From contig NC_058368.1 in NCBI RefSeq assembly GCF_018350175.1, forward strand, positions 104,658,001-104,722,000: a DNA stretch of 64,000 nt, in the 5' to 3' direction. Positions 61,954 through 64,000 of the stretch are shown here, piece after piece. The translations under genes and the position numbers were made by a program. The notes beneath the pieces are model-generated. The model had not been told where the DNA came from, made no database searches, and saw only the letters and a program-made list of their open reading frames with translations. Every line of letters starts with the position of its first letter. The stretch's first letter is position 1. The DNA is from Felis catus. Lineage: Eukaryota.

Positions 61954-62967
61954 AAAGTTACTTGGGCTCCCAAATGATGCATTTGTCTTCCCCAATATGG
62001 ATTCCCCTCCTCAGTTATTAATCTCTCACCTCAAGCCTTTGGACTCATGTCAACTACTTATGATTCACAGGGTGTGATCCGCTGATTGCCCTTTGACCTC
62101 TCAGATCACTGCCCGGTATGATGTGAATGTCTTGTGCCCCGTAGCCTCGAGTTTTGTTCTAGCTCAGTAGTAACAACCATTTCTGGAGCCTCTGTTATAG
62201 TCTTCCAGATGTGGAGAGAAGCGATAATCAGGGAGAAGGGCAGCGGAAGACAAGAGCAAGACATGGGCTCTGCTTTCAAGGGGTTTGTAGTCTAGTTGAG
62301 AAGGCATGACTGAAGTCCCAAGATGAACTGCAGTCTCAGGTAACATACACATTATCAGACGAAGGATGTGCTGAGCTGGTTGCATCAGAGGTTTCTATGC
62401 AGTTTTTAGTGAAAAGACTAAAGAATATTTTTACTGAGGTCCTAACACATCATTAACTAGATATTTAATGAGAGAATAAATTATTGCAGAGAGAGAAGTA
62501 AGTTGACAGGAAGCTTATGTAATGGTGTGAATTTCAGGCACTTAGTGAGGCTTAGATGTTGACCCAAGGGAATTATAGACCTGAATCACAGACCCTTGAA
62601 AATTAGTGGGGCAGAAAAAATATAATCTGTGCAGGAAACCATTTCCACCCTCCACAGATTCTCCAATTCAGACGGTCTTCATGGATAGCTTAAATCCATC
62701 CGATTTTATTTTTCCATTTTAGATGAAATGATTAGAATGTTTAAAACCTTGAACAAATGACAGTGATACAGTTTATACGAACTGATTCTTCATAAGAAGG
62801 AAATGGATGCATTCAGTGTGATGGGGTCAACTTAAACTTGAATGCTTTCTGCTACCTGTAGTTTCTATTATTGATGACAAAGTGAAGATATTGCCATTAG
62901 AGATTTGGAAATTAAAAAAAAAAGAGTCAAGGAAGAGGATTTATAATAAAAGCAAAAGGGAAATGAC

Positions 62968-63188
62968 CTTTTTATTTTTTTTAACGTTTATTCATTTTTG
63001 AGAGGCAGAGAGAAACAGAACATGAGCTGGGGAGGGGCAGAGAGAGAGGGAGACACAGAATCTGAAGCAGGCTCCAGGCTCTGAGCCGTCAGCACAGACA
63101 GCCCAATGCGGGGCTTGAACCCATGAAATGTGAGATCATGACCTTAGCCAAAGTCGAATGCTTAACCGGCTGTGCCACCCAGGCGCCC
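62968..63188 (-). mobile_element. Can-SINE
   Basis: TSD GAAATGACCTTTT on both sides. Confidence 0.93.
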
Positions 63189-63894
63189 TTAGAGAAATGA
63201 CCTTTTTTTAAAGCAAGAATGGAAGAAGGGAAGACATTAAACAAAATGTCATAAATTGGGCCTGTGGCCCGCCAGAGTTCAGAGCTCATGGCTTCAGTTC
63301 AGATACCTTTAGTCTCTTCACTTCAAATGCCCTTAAAGAGTTATCAGAATCTGCTTAAGAGTGAAGGTGTGATTCACCGTGAAATCTGTAATTTTTTAAT
63401 GTTAATGTTATAAATAATTAATATTATTTTAATATTAATATGTACTATTTAATATTAATGTTTACTATTTAATGTTAATGTAATTTATTTATTCTTAACA
63501 TTATACTTGTACATTTATGCCCATCTGTGGCATCAATTTTCTTGCCTTATTTAGGTAACATACAAACACTAATGTACATTTGGGGTCCATTAAAATGTTA
63601 TTTTAGGTGTACTTGTATTGTGATCTTTACCAAAGACCGTAGTCGCTTCTCAAAATTAAGCCTTAAAATTACATGAACCCCTTTCTTTTCCTTTTTGTGT
63701 GTATTTCAAGCATATATTTTAAATCTCCTTATAATATATTATTTCCCTCTTCTAGATTATATTTATGTTACACTTCATGAACACATTGAAACAGGGAAGT
63801 CCTTTAGTTACTGTAGGCTGTAATAATCTGCTAATTCTTGAGCAGGGCCACTTACCGAGAATAAAGGAACACCAATGAAAATAAAGCCTTAACC

Positions 63895-64000
63895 TTTTTT
63901 TTTTTTTTTTTTTTTTTTGAGAGAGAGGGAGAGAAAGAGAGAGCATCAGCTGGGGAGGGGCAGAGACAGAGAGGGAGAGAATCTTAAGCAGGCTCCATGC
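63895..64000 (-). mobile_element. Can-SINE 3' part (cut by window edge)
   Basis: Long T tail, (GA)n, GGGGAGGGGCAGAG..AAGCAGGCTCC. Confidence 0.88.

Noticed and set aside
2151..63289. Recurrent 'MAQSVK..SAQVMIS..VLTAQSLEPASDSVSPSL' ORFs that look like a multi-copy protein family
   Set aside because: They are translations of the Can-SINE consensus at each insertion.
1..64000. CRISPR array, operon or prokaryotic defence system
   Set aside because: The sequence is mammalian. There are no regularly spaced direct repeats with unique spacers and no gene-dense coding structure.

Overview
Mammalian, non-coding, repeat-rich DNA from a felid, most likely cat, judged from about 38 copies of the carnivore tRNA-derived Can-SINE, including young SINEC_Fc-type copies. 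The left ~34 kb is intergenic and filled with decayed retroelements: LINE-1 fragments (one long copy at 21.85-28.04 kb with another L1 nested inside), plus L2, MIR, CR1/L3, MaLR/ERVL LTRs and DNA-transposon remnants. A CpG island at ~34.5-35.8 kb carries GC boxes, a TATAAA and a ~1 kb plus-strand ATG-free stretch containing a good splice donor (TGG|GTAAGA, 35641/35642). This looks like the promoter and non-coding first exon of a plus-strand gene that I cannot name; the right ~28 kb would be its first intron. No intact protein-coding exon, RNA gene or CRISPR array is supportable, and the ORF track is explained by repeats or chance. I found no convincing new biological system. The most unusual observation is an ectopic copy of a SINE plus 133 bp of apparently unique flank at 11.4-11.7 kb, matching 61.6-61.95 kb at ~86% identity with no gaps. 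Other points of interest are several nested insertions datable by target-site duplications (TSDs), a Tigger-like MITE and a probable piggyBac remnant. Repeat family names come from recalled consensus features, not a database search, and boundaries are approximate.
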